A program made the position numbers and the translations under genes. Shown here piece after piece: positions 19,301 to 26,334 of a DNA stretch of 32,895 nt. The notes under the pieces are model-generated. The model was not told the origin of the DNA. It worked only from the letters and a program-made list of their open reading frames with translations, and ran no database searches. The DNA is from Bacteroidota bacterium (lineage in GTDB: Bacteria > Bacteroidota > Bacteroidia > UKL13-3): the NCBI GenBank assembly GCA_040385895.1, contig JAZKGM010000166.1, positions 1 through 32,895 on the forward strand. Reading direction: 5' to 3'. How positions within the stretch are numbered: the stretch's first letter is position 1; every line of letters starts with the position of its first letter.

Positions 19301-20649
19301 GCATGCTGGGTGTTTCGGTAATTAATATTTATGGCACATTAACACGAACAGGAACGCTAAGTTGTCCTGCAGGAACAGTTGTATATGCAAGCACAACAAC
19401 AGCCATAACCATTGCAGGTGGCGAGTATTATAATCTTTCTGTAGCGGCCAATTCGAACGGTGCCACACTTACCGGAAGCGTTAAGCTGTACAATACGTTC
19501 TCATTTGCCGGCAACACACTTGTTAAATTGGATACCTGTATACTAACCCAGTATAATTATACGGCTGCTGCTGTAACAGGTGCAGGGGTTTCAGCTTATT
19601 TCGTTACCAATAAAACAGGCCGTTTACGCCTGGCAGGTGTTGGCGCAGGGGCTTCTGCAGGCACATCGGCTTTTGCTTATGTAGGTAACAGCACGTATAA
19701 CCCTTTTGGCATCACAAATTCCGGTACCATTGACACCTTCACTGTACGTGTAACAGATAGTGTGACCACTTCATACAGCGGCTTAACACCAACCGGAACA
19801 AAGATCACCAGCAATGTGATCAACCGTTCGTGGGCATTGAGCGAAGAAACAGCAGGCGGATCAACGCTTACTTTATTACCGGGATGGACAGTGGCAAACG
19901 AAACGTCATCGTTTAACAGGTCTAATTGTTATGTGGCACGTTATGCCGGTTCAGTAGCAGGTTGGACTTCGAATACAGCTGGTGTGGCAGCACAAAATGG
20001 CTCTATATATTTACGCTCTCAGCCCGGAATAATATCAACCGGTATTTTTGGTGTTGGAAGCAATGGGGCATTGCCCGTTGAACTGATCAGCTTTACAGCT
20101 TTAAAACAAAACAATCATGTGCTTGTAAACTGGGCTACGGCTTCGGAGATCAACAACAATTACTTTAATGTGGAGGTTTCTGCCGATGGACAATCGTTTG
20201 TAACGCTTGATAAGGTGAAAGGGAACGGAAGCAGCAACCTGATCAACCAATACAGGTACCTGCATACAGGAGCTGCTGAATTTGCCGCATCCAACAATAC
20301 AAACACTTTATACTACCGCTTAACCCAGGTTGATTTTGACGGCTCGGAATACGAAACGGAAATTGTTCCGGTGAGTTTTGTGAAAACAAGCTACCAGGTG
20401 AGCGTTTCCCCTAATCCGTTCATCGATCATGCTGTGCTATCCTTTAGCGCTGATGTAACAACGGATGCTTCCATTACACTCACCGATGTGAACGGGAAAC
20501 AGATCAGCAGGTTTAATCACAAGATCAATGGAACCAATGGAAACCAGGTTAAACTGGAGGGTTGCGAAACCTTAAGTGCCGGTGTATACTTTGTTCGTGT
20601 GGTTACCGCAAGCGGGGAGGTAAATACCTTTAAACTGGTGAAACAGTAA
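13309..20649 (+). CDS. Large T9SS-secreted surface protein: IPT/TIG, 7 FG-GAP/VCBS repeats, Ig-like repeats, two nested unknown domains, type A CTD
   Basis: Sec signal (…AASVYA|Q); PTIASFSPASG…VTITGTNF (IPT/TIG); seven DxDxDG-type repeats; eight xQW(R/K)KNG-type Ig domains; three WYDD-type Ig-like domains; TWTGASNTNWFNATNW motif; LPVELISFTA…YYRLTQVDFDG domain; CTD VSPNPF…LSAGVYFVRV…KLVKQ. Confidence 0.92.
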   Translation: MLPITKPHKLRLFLLTLVSFCAASVYAQVPTIASFSPASGQVTSLVTITGTNFNATAANNLVYFGNRKALVSSATTSSIVVQVPAGAPNEKIYVTVGGKTCVSPNTFKLTVGVPTAINSTTFLSPAYYTLTSSTEDHRLATGDFDNDGKHEVVCGAISGTGVYIARNTSVPGTISFAATQLIANIPQSVNANVADFDGDGSQDLLISNGTTQTSVLRNTSTTGSISFTSALVLSHSNKSYALGTADLNNDGLTDIVVGNYSNNTITCFLNSSSGPGFISFASPFSFTTPFSPWDIHVNDFDGDGMQDVAVLAYSSSVACILRNLTSTGSSTVSFASPVSLSGQNISGYSTVRSKDINGDNRPDIVIGSENSTISVFQNNSTPGTLSFNTAFNITLPSGTGTSVDIEDINGDGFNDVIAMSGTSASVMQSTGSTGTINSSTFQSAVTLSGTSNTLLFGKVIDVDNDGRKDLLGNYQGTNQYAIRRYNLVCPSPAVTTQPVSVASCAGSGATFTVQAAATGTVTYQWRKNGVNISGATQPSYTISSVIAADSGNYSVAISDSCVVNHSASTTISLDAKLIISGGPFISSQPTDASACGGAVSLRPVVYTNNGTTTYQWTKNGSPLAGATQPVLSLNSTSIADTGLYQLNITNSCGSVSSSAARITYTAIPVPVAANGTTCSPTSSVFLSNPATVPSSHITRWYDDAAFTVLLASGPSFSKVYSGQDTVYARNEYNTAILSGVYSVDHNAYSGDDNSAIAATKKYYYYVGDLGTVRCDMPGLTNPVVYTKRDAIVSTYGGTGALYSLGTSTGIWGTFSTATPATHIWQVDSVLNPIAGTGVALSIGAISTQTGSFLAGGPDFILYKSGSVIFKINPATGLVTTLSSNLTNFVPFPSESAWAAWGFAEEIGGNHYITYHSNSVYTNGITRYYVEGNSNLPVFDPGSTAVVGDLAAIANAPWYGRWYFKHEGAIASTASTGMLEPSSYCDAPMRFNTAVCNSAVDTVVINSTIPVVTRNPAPLSACAGGPAMFTVASTGANLTYVWRKNGINITNSNNDTLIFNNVSYTDTADYTVSINNTCINVLSASAKLSITGVNITTQPVNTRNCAGEPVSLSVVATGRGTMTYQWKKNTVNVSGANSATLNIASLTPADAGSYTVAVTDSCNIPVLSAAASLSISTGPLVTSISPNTTACINNTVSLNVVASGNGNLTYQWRRNGTGITGANAATYTINSFATSDAGTYSVAINDNCGQAISGNISLSQQVIAAPVVIDRTFCSATTSLTHTNSASVPGGYITRWYDDDSLKTIIGTGTSISKFYGGTDTIYARNEPTSSVLSGAYSVEHDPYTGDDRGGIAVTQNYYYYVGDGNTVRFRMPGLTNPTSLTMRDGIIATYGGAGALYSLGTSTAPWGTNASNATHIWALDSNLNAVTGSGVALNGVITNLVTNGGMMVSGEDYILYQNASSGFIYKINPSTGAVTVAATTSFNLNRYTSESWASWGFAEKSGANHYITYRSGDGNLSKFHVEGNTSQVIFTETPYSLSDMACISYAPWYGRLYFHHEGSTPLTASSFNETAGYCDAPMRFANTGCYSAVDTIFIIAGSPVINLQPQSQVNCAGTLARFVVRTSGSGTLTYQWRKSGVNISGATDDTLTIALTSVADTGDYAVVITNTCGSITSNTARLTVKGVAITTQPVNIRNCMGEPVSLTVAATGTGTLSYQWRKNGINVSGATAATYNMTALSPLDTGTYTVRVTDSCNIPVTSASVYVSISTGPSMSNVSPSTTVCRGSSITLSATVSGNGTITHQWRKNGSAVSGANSGSYAITNFSASDTGNYVLVSNDNCGQTISSTINVSLLIVAAPEVNNNSVCTAGNSVSLTNTVATPSGYTTKWYDDAAMTVLLGSGPLLVRTINAPDTFYVRNENASVTCVSATDTVYVTITSSNTWTGASNTNWFNATNWSCGVVPNASSNAVIPAGTVNSPVINTGLTANVNALNIASGATVSMLGVSVINIYGTLTRTGTLSCPAGTVVYASTTTAITIAGGEYYNLSVAANSNGATLTGSVKLYNTFSFAGNTLVKLDTCILTQYNYTAAAVTGAGVSAYFVTNKTGRLRLAGVGAGASAGTSAFAYVGNSTYNPFGITNSGTIDTFTVRVTDSVTTSYSGLTPTGTKITSNVINRSWALSEETAGGSTLTLLPGWTVANETSSFNRSNCYVARYAGSVAGWTSNTAGVAAQNGSIYLRSQPGIISTGIFGVGSNGALPVELISFTALKQNNHVLVNWATASEINNNYFNVEVSADGQSFVTLDKVKGNGSSNLINQYRYLHTGAAEFAASNNTNTLYYRLTQVDFDGSEYETEIVPVSFVKTSYQVSVSPNPFIDHAVLSFSADVTTDASITLTDVNGKQISRFNHKINGTNGNQVKLEGCETLSAGVYFVRVVTASGEVNTFKLVKQ
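15304..18870 (+). repeat. Intragenic tandem duplication of a ~595-aa module
   Basis: Equivalent positions after the RNE motif are 15502 and 17287 (period 1785 nt). Both units share YYYYVGD, PGLTNP, YGGxGALYSLGTST, WGFAE, APWYGR, YCDAPMRF and DSCNIPV. Boundaries are approximate. Confidence 0.9.
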
Positions 20650-20667
20650 ACGATAAGCGATTTAATT

Positions 20668-20702
20668 AAAAGCATGCGTATTGATTTACGCATGCTTTTT
20701 TT
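20668..20702 (+). terminator. Intrinsic terminator after the T9SS protein gene
   Basis: AAAAGCATGCGTA-ttgatt-TACGCATGCTTTT followed by further Ts, 18 nt after the stop. Confidence 0.88.
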
Positions 20703-20728
20703 GTTTTCCGGTGTGACCAAACCGCCTC

Positions 20729-20760
20729 TTACCTACGAATATTTCCGGTTTACCTACTAA
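20729..20760 (+). promoter_or_regulatory. Putative LytTR-binding direct repeat
   Basis: TTACCTACGAA (20729-20739) and TTACCTACTAA (20750-20760), period exactly 21 bp, upstream of an operon that encodes a LytTR regulator. Confidence 0.7.
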
Positions 20761-20806
20761 GTCTTCCTGTACATCTAATCCTGTAAAAAGGTATCGTTTA
20801 TCTGCT

Positions 20807-20814
20807 TACGTTTG
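20807..20814 (+). promoter_or_regulatory. Promoter -7 box for the liaF-like operon
   Basis: TACGTTTG matches TAnnTTTG and overlaps the ORF-track GTG start, favouring ATG 20835. Confidence 0.6.
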
Positions 20815-20834
20815 TGGTGTTAATTACAAAGCGC

Positions 20835-21584
20835 ATGAGCGATTTAAAAGAACCAAAGGATAAGTGGGAACATATGCACAGTACAAAAGGCCGCATTTTC
20901 AGCGGGATTTTTGTGGTGGCGGTGGGTGCCGTGTTAATGGCCAAACAGGTGGGTGTTGTATTCCCCCAGTGGATGTTCACCTGGGAAATGTTAATTGTAG
21001 TGATCGGTTTATATACCGGGATCAAGCACGATTTTAAGCACATCAGCTGGGTGATCCTTGTTGCAATAGGCGGCATCCTGCTTATTGATGATATTTTCCC
21101 GCAAACGCAGCTCGAAAACTTTTTATGGCCCGGCCTGATCATTTTTGTGGGCTTAATTATGATAACGACTGCCGGCCGCAGGAAAGAGCGCTGGAAAGAG
21201 TGGAGGGAAAAGTGCCGCAATTATACCGGTGAGGAAGAGAACAGGGAAAACATGATCGATTCGGTATCCGTGTTCGGGGGGGTTAAGAAAAATGTTATTT
21301 CAAAAGACTTTAAAGGGGGCGAGGTAACCTGCGTATTTGGAGGTGCCGAAATAAACCTTAGCCAGGCCGACATCAACGGCAACGTAATTCTTGAAGTAAC
21401 ACAGGTATTTGGCGGCTGCCTCTTAATTATTCCGGCCAACTGGGAAATTCAATCGGAGATCGTGGCTGTGCTTGGCGGCATTGAAGACAAGCGCCCGGTA
21501 AGAGAGCATAACACCCCATCTAACAAGGTGCTTGTGCTGAAAGGGGTGACCATTTTTGGTGGCATTGATATTAAAAGCTTTTAA
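20835..21584 (+). CDS. LiaF-like membrane protein (N-terminal TM domain plus DUF2154-like C-terminal beta domain)
   Basis: Four N-terminal TM helices (FTWEMLIVVIGL, FLWPGLIIFVGL); C-terminal VSVFGG…FKGGEVTCVFGGAEINLSQA…VFGG…IIPANW…VLGGIEDKR…IFGGIDIKSF. Confidence 0.82.
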   Translation: MSDLKEPKDKWEHMHSTKGRIFSGIFVVAVGAVLMAKQVGVVFPQWMFTWEMLIVVIGLYTGIKHDFKHISWVILVAIGGILLIDDIFPQTQLENFLWPGLIIFVGLIMITTAGRRKERWKEWREKCRNYTGEEENRENMIDSVSVFGGVKKNVISKDFKGGEVTCVFGGAEINLSQADINGNVILEVTQVFGGCLLIIPANWEIQSEIVAVLGGIEDKRPVREHNTPSNKVLVLKGVTIFGGIDIKSF

Positions 21585-21601
21585 AACAAATAACTTAACT
21601 T

Positions 21602-21967
21602 ATGAATTGGTATATAACAAAACTGGTGTTTAGAGTAATCAGCGGCAATGGCGATCACACGCCTCAGTTTGATGAGCAGGTGAGGCTTATTGAAGCACGA
21701 AATTCAAATGAAGCCTTCTTAAAAGCCCGCCTTATTGGCGGACGCGAAGAAGATGCATTTATAAGCGAAGAGCTGAACGCGGTACGCTGGCAGTTTATTG
21801 ATGTGTGCGAGATGAAAGAGGTACGCGAATTTACGGATGGCATGGAGCTATACTCACGCATTCATGAAACGGATAATGCGCTTTCCTATATTGATTATAT
21901 TCATCATCGTGCAGAAGCCATTGAGCAGATGATCCAACCCCGCATAGCCTTAGCTCAAATTGCCTGA
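21602..21967 (+). CDS. DUF4288-like small soluble protein
   Basis: MNWYITKLVF…FDEQVRLIEA…EAFLKARLIG…VRWQFIDV…DGMELYSR pattern; family name is from recall. Confidence 0.72.
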   Translation: MNWYITKLVFRVISGNGDHTPQFDEQVRLIEARNSNEAFLKARLIGGREEDAFISEELNAVRWQFIDVCEMKEVREFTDGMELYSRIHETDNALSYIDYIHHRAEAIEQMIQPRIALAQIA

Positions 21968-23000
21968 GATAGAATTTACATCTAAACGTTTTATCACCGT
22001 TTATATCGGTGTGGGGCTCTTTTTTGCGGGGGCGCATGTATTGGTGCTGCGCACCTTCGGCCTGCCCTTGTATATAACAGTTGTTGATGCGCTCATCAAC
22101 CATACCTTTATATTAACAGCAGGGGTAAGCACCTATAACATTATCAAATTTTACAGGCCGGCAAGAGGGAACATATTTTATACCCGGCTTTGGGTGCTCA
22201 TCCTTACCATTATTGTAACGCTGGGCTTTAATGCAATTGTAAGGTACCTGTTCAGTGATAACCCAACATACCTTTCGTTTGTTGATTCAGCCACACCGGT
22301 AAGGTATTTTTTCAATTTGCTCAACATCACCCTGCTGTCGGTGTTCATGTACCTTTGGTTCTATTTCAGGGACGAAAAGCAAAGGCAGGACCAGTTGTTG
22401 CAGGCCCAAACGTTAAACAAAGAGGCCGAGCTGGTAAGTTTGAGGCAACAGCTTCAACCCCATTTTTTATTTAACAGCCTCAACAGCATTAGTGCATTGG
22501 TGGGTACAAGGCCGGAAGAAGCCCGGAAAATGATCCACCAGCTTTCCGAATTTTTACGCGGTACTTTACGGAAAGAAGATTACGCCACATTTTCACTGGC
22601 CGATGAACTGCAACATTTGCAGTTGTATCTCGATATTGAAAAAGTAAGGTTCGGGCACAGGCTTTCTACAACGCTTGCAGCCGATGAAAATACCCTTCAG
22701 TCTAAGATCCCCCCGCTTATCTTACAGCCATTGGTGGAAAATGCAATAAAGTTTGGCTTGTATGATGTGGCCGGTGAAGTGAATATCAATGTAACCTGCA
22801 GGCTTGAGGATAATTATTTATCAGTAACCATTACAAACCCTTTCGATCCCCAAACGTCAACCCCTAAAAAAGGCGCTGGCTTTGGGTTAACTTCTGTGCA
22901 ACGCAGGTTATATTTGCTCCACGCACGTAACGACCTGCTCATGACGCAGCATAAAGACAACCTGTTTACAACTACAGTTAAAATACCTCAGAGCGTATGA
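21960..23000 (+). CDS. LytS/YehU-type membrane histidine kinase
   Basis: Four TM helices; ELVSLRQQLQPHFLFNSLNSI; LADELQHLQLYLDIEKVRFG; PPLILQPLVENAIKFG; GAGFGLTSVQRRL. TTG start overlaps the upstream gene by 8 nt. Confidence 0.93.
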   Translation: MPEIEFTSKRFITVYIGVGLFFAGAHVLVLRTFGLPLYITVVDALINHTFILTAGVSTYNIIKFYRPARGNIFYTRLWVLILTIIVTLGFNAIVRYLFSDNPTYLSFVDSATPVRYFFNLLNITLLSVFMYLWFYFRDEKQRQDQLLQAQTLNKEAELVSLRQQLQPHFLFNSLNSISALVGTRPEEARKMIHQLSEFLRGTLRKEDYATFSLADELQHLQLYLDIEKVRFGHRLSTTLAADENTLQSKIPPLILQPLVENAIKFGLYDVAGEVNINVTCRLEDNYLSVTITNPFDPQTSTPKKGAGFGLTSVQRRLYLLHARNDLLMTQHKDNLFTTTVKIPQSV

Positions 23001-23740
23001 TAAAATGTGTAATTATTGATGATGAGCCGCTGGCCAGGATGATCGTGAAAGAATACCTGCAGCATTATCCGGAGGTGGAAGTGATGCAGGAATGCAACGA
23101 TGGGTTCGAAGGGGTTAAAGCCATTATGCAGCACAATCCCGATATTATTTTCCTGGATATACAAATGCCTAAGATTAACGGGTTCGAAATGCTGGAGCTG
23201 CTTGATGCGCCACCTTCGGTGATCTTTACCACGGCATTTGATGAATTTGCGATGAAAGCGTTTGATAACAATGCGATCGATTACCTGCTGAAACCATTCA
23301 GCAAAGACCGTTTCGACAAGGCCTTTGAAAAGTGGATGGGCCAGCGCGCGATGCAACCACAGGATAAAACCGCAGCATTTACGGAGAACAGGACCCGCAA
23401 CAGCGATGAGAATAGCCGTGTGGTGGTAAAAACACATAACCACATCCGCATTATCCCCATGCACGAGATCCTTTACCTGGAAGCATACGATGATTACGTA
23501 AAGATCCATACGGCCGATGGCATGTTCCTGAAAAAACGCACCATGAGCAGCTTTGAGCAAAGCCTGGATGAAAAAGAGTTTGTGCGTGTGCACCGTTCAT
23601 ACATAATAAAGCTGGATCAGTTAACCCGCATCGAACAACCCGACCGCGATGCCCATGTAGCGCTTTTAAAGAACGGGGCTAAAGTGCCGTTAAGCAAAAC
23701 AGGTTACGGAAAACTGAAGCAGGTTTTGGGGATGAAATAA
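22997..23740 (+). CDS. LytTR-family response regulator
   Basis: Receiver domain IIDDEPLAR, FLDIQMP, FTTAFDEFA, DYLLKPF; LytTR domain FVRVHRSYII. ATGA overlap with the kinase. Confidence 0.96.
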   Translation: MIKCVIIDDEPLARMIVKEYLQHYPEVEVMQECNDGFEGVKAIMQHNPDIIFLDIQMPKINGFEMLELLDAPPSVIFTTAFDEFAMKAFDNNAIDYLLKPFSKDRFDKAFEKWMGQRAMQPQDKTAAFTENRTRNSDENSRVVVKTHNHIRIIPMHEILYLEAYDDYVKIHTADGMFLKKRTMSSFEQSLDEKEFVRVHRSYIIKLDQLTRIEQPDRDAHVALLKNGAKVPLSKTGYGKLKQVLGMK

Positions 23741-23807
23741 CAAAAGGGAAAATTCGAATAGTTAAATAAGAGATCCGAAAAGGCCACATTACACAAAAGC
23801 GTAATGA

Positions 23808-24788
23808 TTACCGCAACTGGTAATAAAAAGCCAGCGCCACCAGGATAATGAATGCCATTTCCTTTAGCCAGAACCGTTTATCGCTGATGAAGAAATAGGC
23901 CACGATCACGCTTAGCGGGATGCTTAGGTAAACAATGGCATAGATGTAGTTCACATTCTCAAAGAACAAGCCTGCCACCCCAAAGAACAGCATGAGGTAA
24001 GTGCTTTGAATGATCCTCCTGGTTTTTACCTTGTTCCTGAAAAAATTCTGTTGCAATGCAAACACAGAAGATACCGTAATGGGCGCTATCAGTATCCAGG
24101 GTAAAAGCCTGATCCAATCTGTTTCGATGGATTTTAAATACTTGTGTTCAAAGCTTTGCTGGATATAAATGAGCAGCTCGTTGAACCGATCTGTTACATA
24201 AAAAAATATACCGGTAAAATATAAAGGGATCGAGATACCGATGAGGGAAATAACCAGGTACCGTAAGTTAAACGAGGTAAAAATAACCACGCTTATTAAA
24301 ATAAAAGGAAGGAAAAGCGAGAGGTCATAGTTGAATAAGATCCCTATTCCCAGGTACAGTCCTGCATCAAGCACAACCAATAATGGATTTTTCGACTCAT
24401 ACAGGTAACAAAGCCTTTGGTAAAGCAGCAGGATAAAAGTGTTTGAGATCAGCTGGGGGGTAAGTTCGTTCTGCTGCGGAAAAAAGCTGTTCAGCAACAC
24501 AAAGAACAACGCAGGCATAAACGAGTCTTTGTATAAAATGCCCTGTGAAATAACAATGTAATTAATGAAGATCGCTTGCAGAAAAATGAGTACGCTGGCT
24601 ATTACCGCGCCCCAGAAATAAGCATTTGGCAAGGTGCCCATAAAGCCAAAGAACATGCGGGCCAAAGGAGCATTCTGTATAAACTCGTAATGCGGTGTTT
24701 CAACAAAAATCGGCAGGCGCAGCAGCATATGCAAAAAAAACAGCATAATGCCGGCAACCAGCGAGTTTTGTCTGAAAAGGTTTAGCAA
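23808..24788 (-). CDS. Conserved Bacteroidota polytopic membrane protein (DUF6427-like)
   Basis: 326 aa with roughly ten hydrophobic segments and a TTG start. The family name is from recall only. Confidence 0.65.
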   Translation of the reverse strand: MLNLFRQNSLVAGIMLFFLHMLLRLPIFVETPHYEFIQNAPLARMFFGFMGTLPNAYFWGAVIASVLIFLQAIFINYIVISQGILYKDSFMPALFFVLLNSFFPQQNELTPQLISNTFILLLYQRLCYLYESKNPLLVVLDAGLYLGIGILFNYDLSLFLPFILISVVIFTSFNLRYLVISLIGISIPLYFTGIFFYVTDRFNELLIYIQQSFEHKYLKSIETDWIRLLPWILIAPITVSSVFALQQNFFRNKVKTRRIIQSTYLMLFFGVAGLFFENVNYIYAIVYLSIPLSVIVAYFFISDKRFWLKEMAFIILVALAFYYQLR

Positions 24789-24810
24789 AGTGTATTGATT
24801 TTAGCGCAAA

Positions 24811-26277
24811 TTATAGGGTTAATCGCATTAAGCAAAATCTGCGGTCTTTTAAGGTGGTTATAATTGCAGAGTTGGCGGTTACCTGCTTCGATTCGGGTGG
24901 CATAATGGTTACATAATAGCTCATCGACTTAATAAGCACCTTGGTATCCAGGATGCCCTGGTTATTCAGCGTTACCAGCATGATATCGCTGTCGGTGGAA
25001 ACGTCATAATTATACACCAGCGAAATTTTTTCGTTGTTTAAAATGGTAACAAACGAAGAATAATAGCCCCCGTCACTCATGCTGCTGTGGCTTTTTTTCA
25101 CAAAGTCGCGAAAGCGGATGCTACCATCCCCCTTTCGGGCCAGCAGCACAATTTCATCGTAATTATAAATGGTGCGGTAGCTGGTTTGCGGAAAACCGTT
25201 AACGGTATAGGTGTACGATTGGCGTGTTTCATAATATTTCTCTGAAATAATGGTACAGCCCCCGTCACTATTCGCCACCAGCTTTCTTATTTTGAGATCG
25301 CTTAAGCTCAGGTCGTTTTCGTTCTTCATGCTTCCGGCCACGCGGCTCACAAAGCTGATGTCAAAATTATCGAAGCGTTTCACCTGCATTTCTGTCGAGG
25401 GAATGTCGAGTTTATAAAACAGGTGGCCAATGCTGCGGTTATCGTTCTTATTGCTGTAAAAACCGGCAATGTTAATGGTCTTCGAGTAGTTATTCACCAC
25501 CAGTGCGATCTCATTGATAAAAACAGAATCACGTGCAATATCATACTCCAGCATGTTATCATTTTCGGGATAATAGGCATACAGGAAATAACTTCTGGGG
25601 TCGCGGTCTTTTGCTTTTTTTGCTTCTTTCGGAAAGTTGACCAGGGCAAACACATTGCCCTTGTTATCGCATTCCATATTAAGCAGGTTCACATCATCGG
25701 GGGCAAAACCCAGGGAGAACCTGCGTGAATATTTCTGAAGGTAAGCAGCATCGTAACCATGCACATTTAAAATGCTTTTCGATTTATCGTTCGCATAGGT
25801 AATGTACATCACCGTAAAGTATTTTTTATCGCCCGATGAACGGATCATGAACCTGCGGTCCTGTGCGATCAAACCAGCATCAACAGATAATAAAGTAAGC
25901 GGGGCACTCGGGGTAAGGCTGTTATCGAAAGGGGTAAGCAGCAGGTCTATTTTTCCCGTGGTGCCGTTCTTTGCCGATGCAAATTCAAGCAGGCCGCTCT
26001 CCACCACGATGGCCCGTTCTATGCGCGAAGCATCGGGCTGCGTCATGTCTTTGCTTACCTCGATGGCCAGGTTGTTCTTGTATTTTTCTATGGTGAGGTC
26101 ATCACGGAACTCGCTATGTTTGGAGCGGGCTATAAAAACGCCCGAGCTGTTTTCGCCCAGCACCTGGGTATAATTGATCTTGCTTTTCAGTTTTTGCTGG
26201 TTGCTCCATTCCACCGTTTGGCCTGTGGAGGCAAAGCCCGGCATCATTAAAACAAAATACAAAAGGAAGTTCTTCAT
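24811..26277 (-). CDS. Exported hypothetical protein, beta-rich (possible beta-propeller)
   Basis: 488-aa ORF with a signal peptide (…ASTG|Q) and repeated short beta-strand/turn patterns; no recognisable catalytic motif. Confidence 0.75.
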   Translation of the reverse strand: MKNFLLYFVLMMPGFASTGQTVEWSNQQKLKSKINYTQVLGENSSGVFIARSKHSEFRDDLTIEKYKNNLAIEVSKDMTQPDASRIERAIVVESGLLEFASAKNGTTGKIDLLLTPFDNSLTPSAPLTLLSVDAGLIAQDRRFMIRSSGDKKYFTVMYITYANDKSKSILNVHGYDAAYLQKYSRRFSLGFAPDDVNLLNMECDNKGNVFALVNFPKEAKKAKDRDPRSYFLYAYYPENDNMLEYDIARDSVFINEIALVVNNYSKTINIAGFYSNKNDNRSIGHLFYKLDIPSTEMQVKRFDNFDISFVSRVAGSMKNENDLSLSDLKIRKLVANSDGGCTIISEKYYETRQSYTYTVNGFPQTSYRTIYNYDEIVLLARKGDGSIRFRDFVKKSHSSMSDGGYYSSFVTILNNEKISLVYNYDVSTDSDIMLVTLNNQGILDTKVLIKSMSYYVTIMPPESKQVTANSAIITTLKDRRFCLMRLTL

Positions 26278-26334
26278 GCTATTGCAAATTACAATTTAAA
26301 GGCCGCATTTAATAATCTGTAAGTGGTAAAGAAA

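Noticed and set aside
20729-20760. Direct repeats as a mini-CRISPR array
   Set aside because: Only two 11-bp units with a 10-nt gap and no cas genes; the spacing fits a transcription-factor site.
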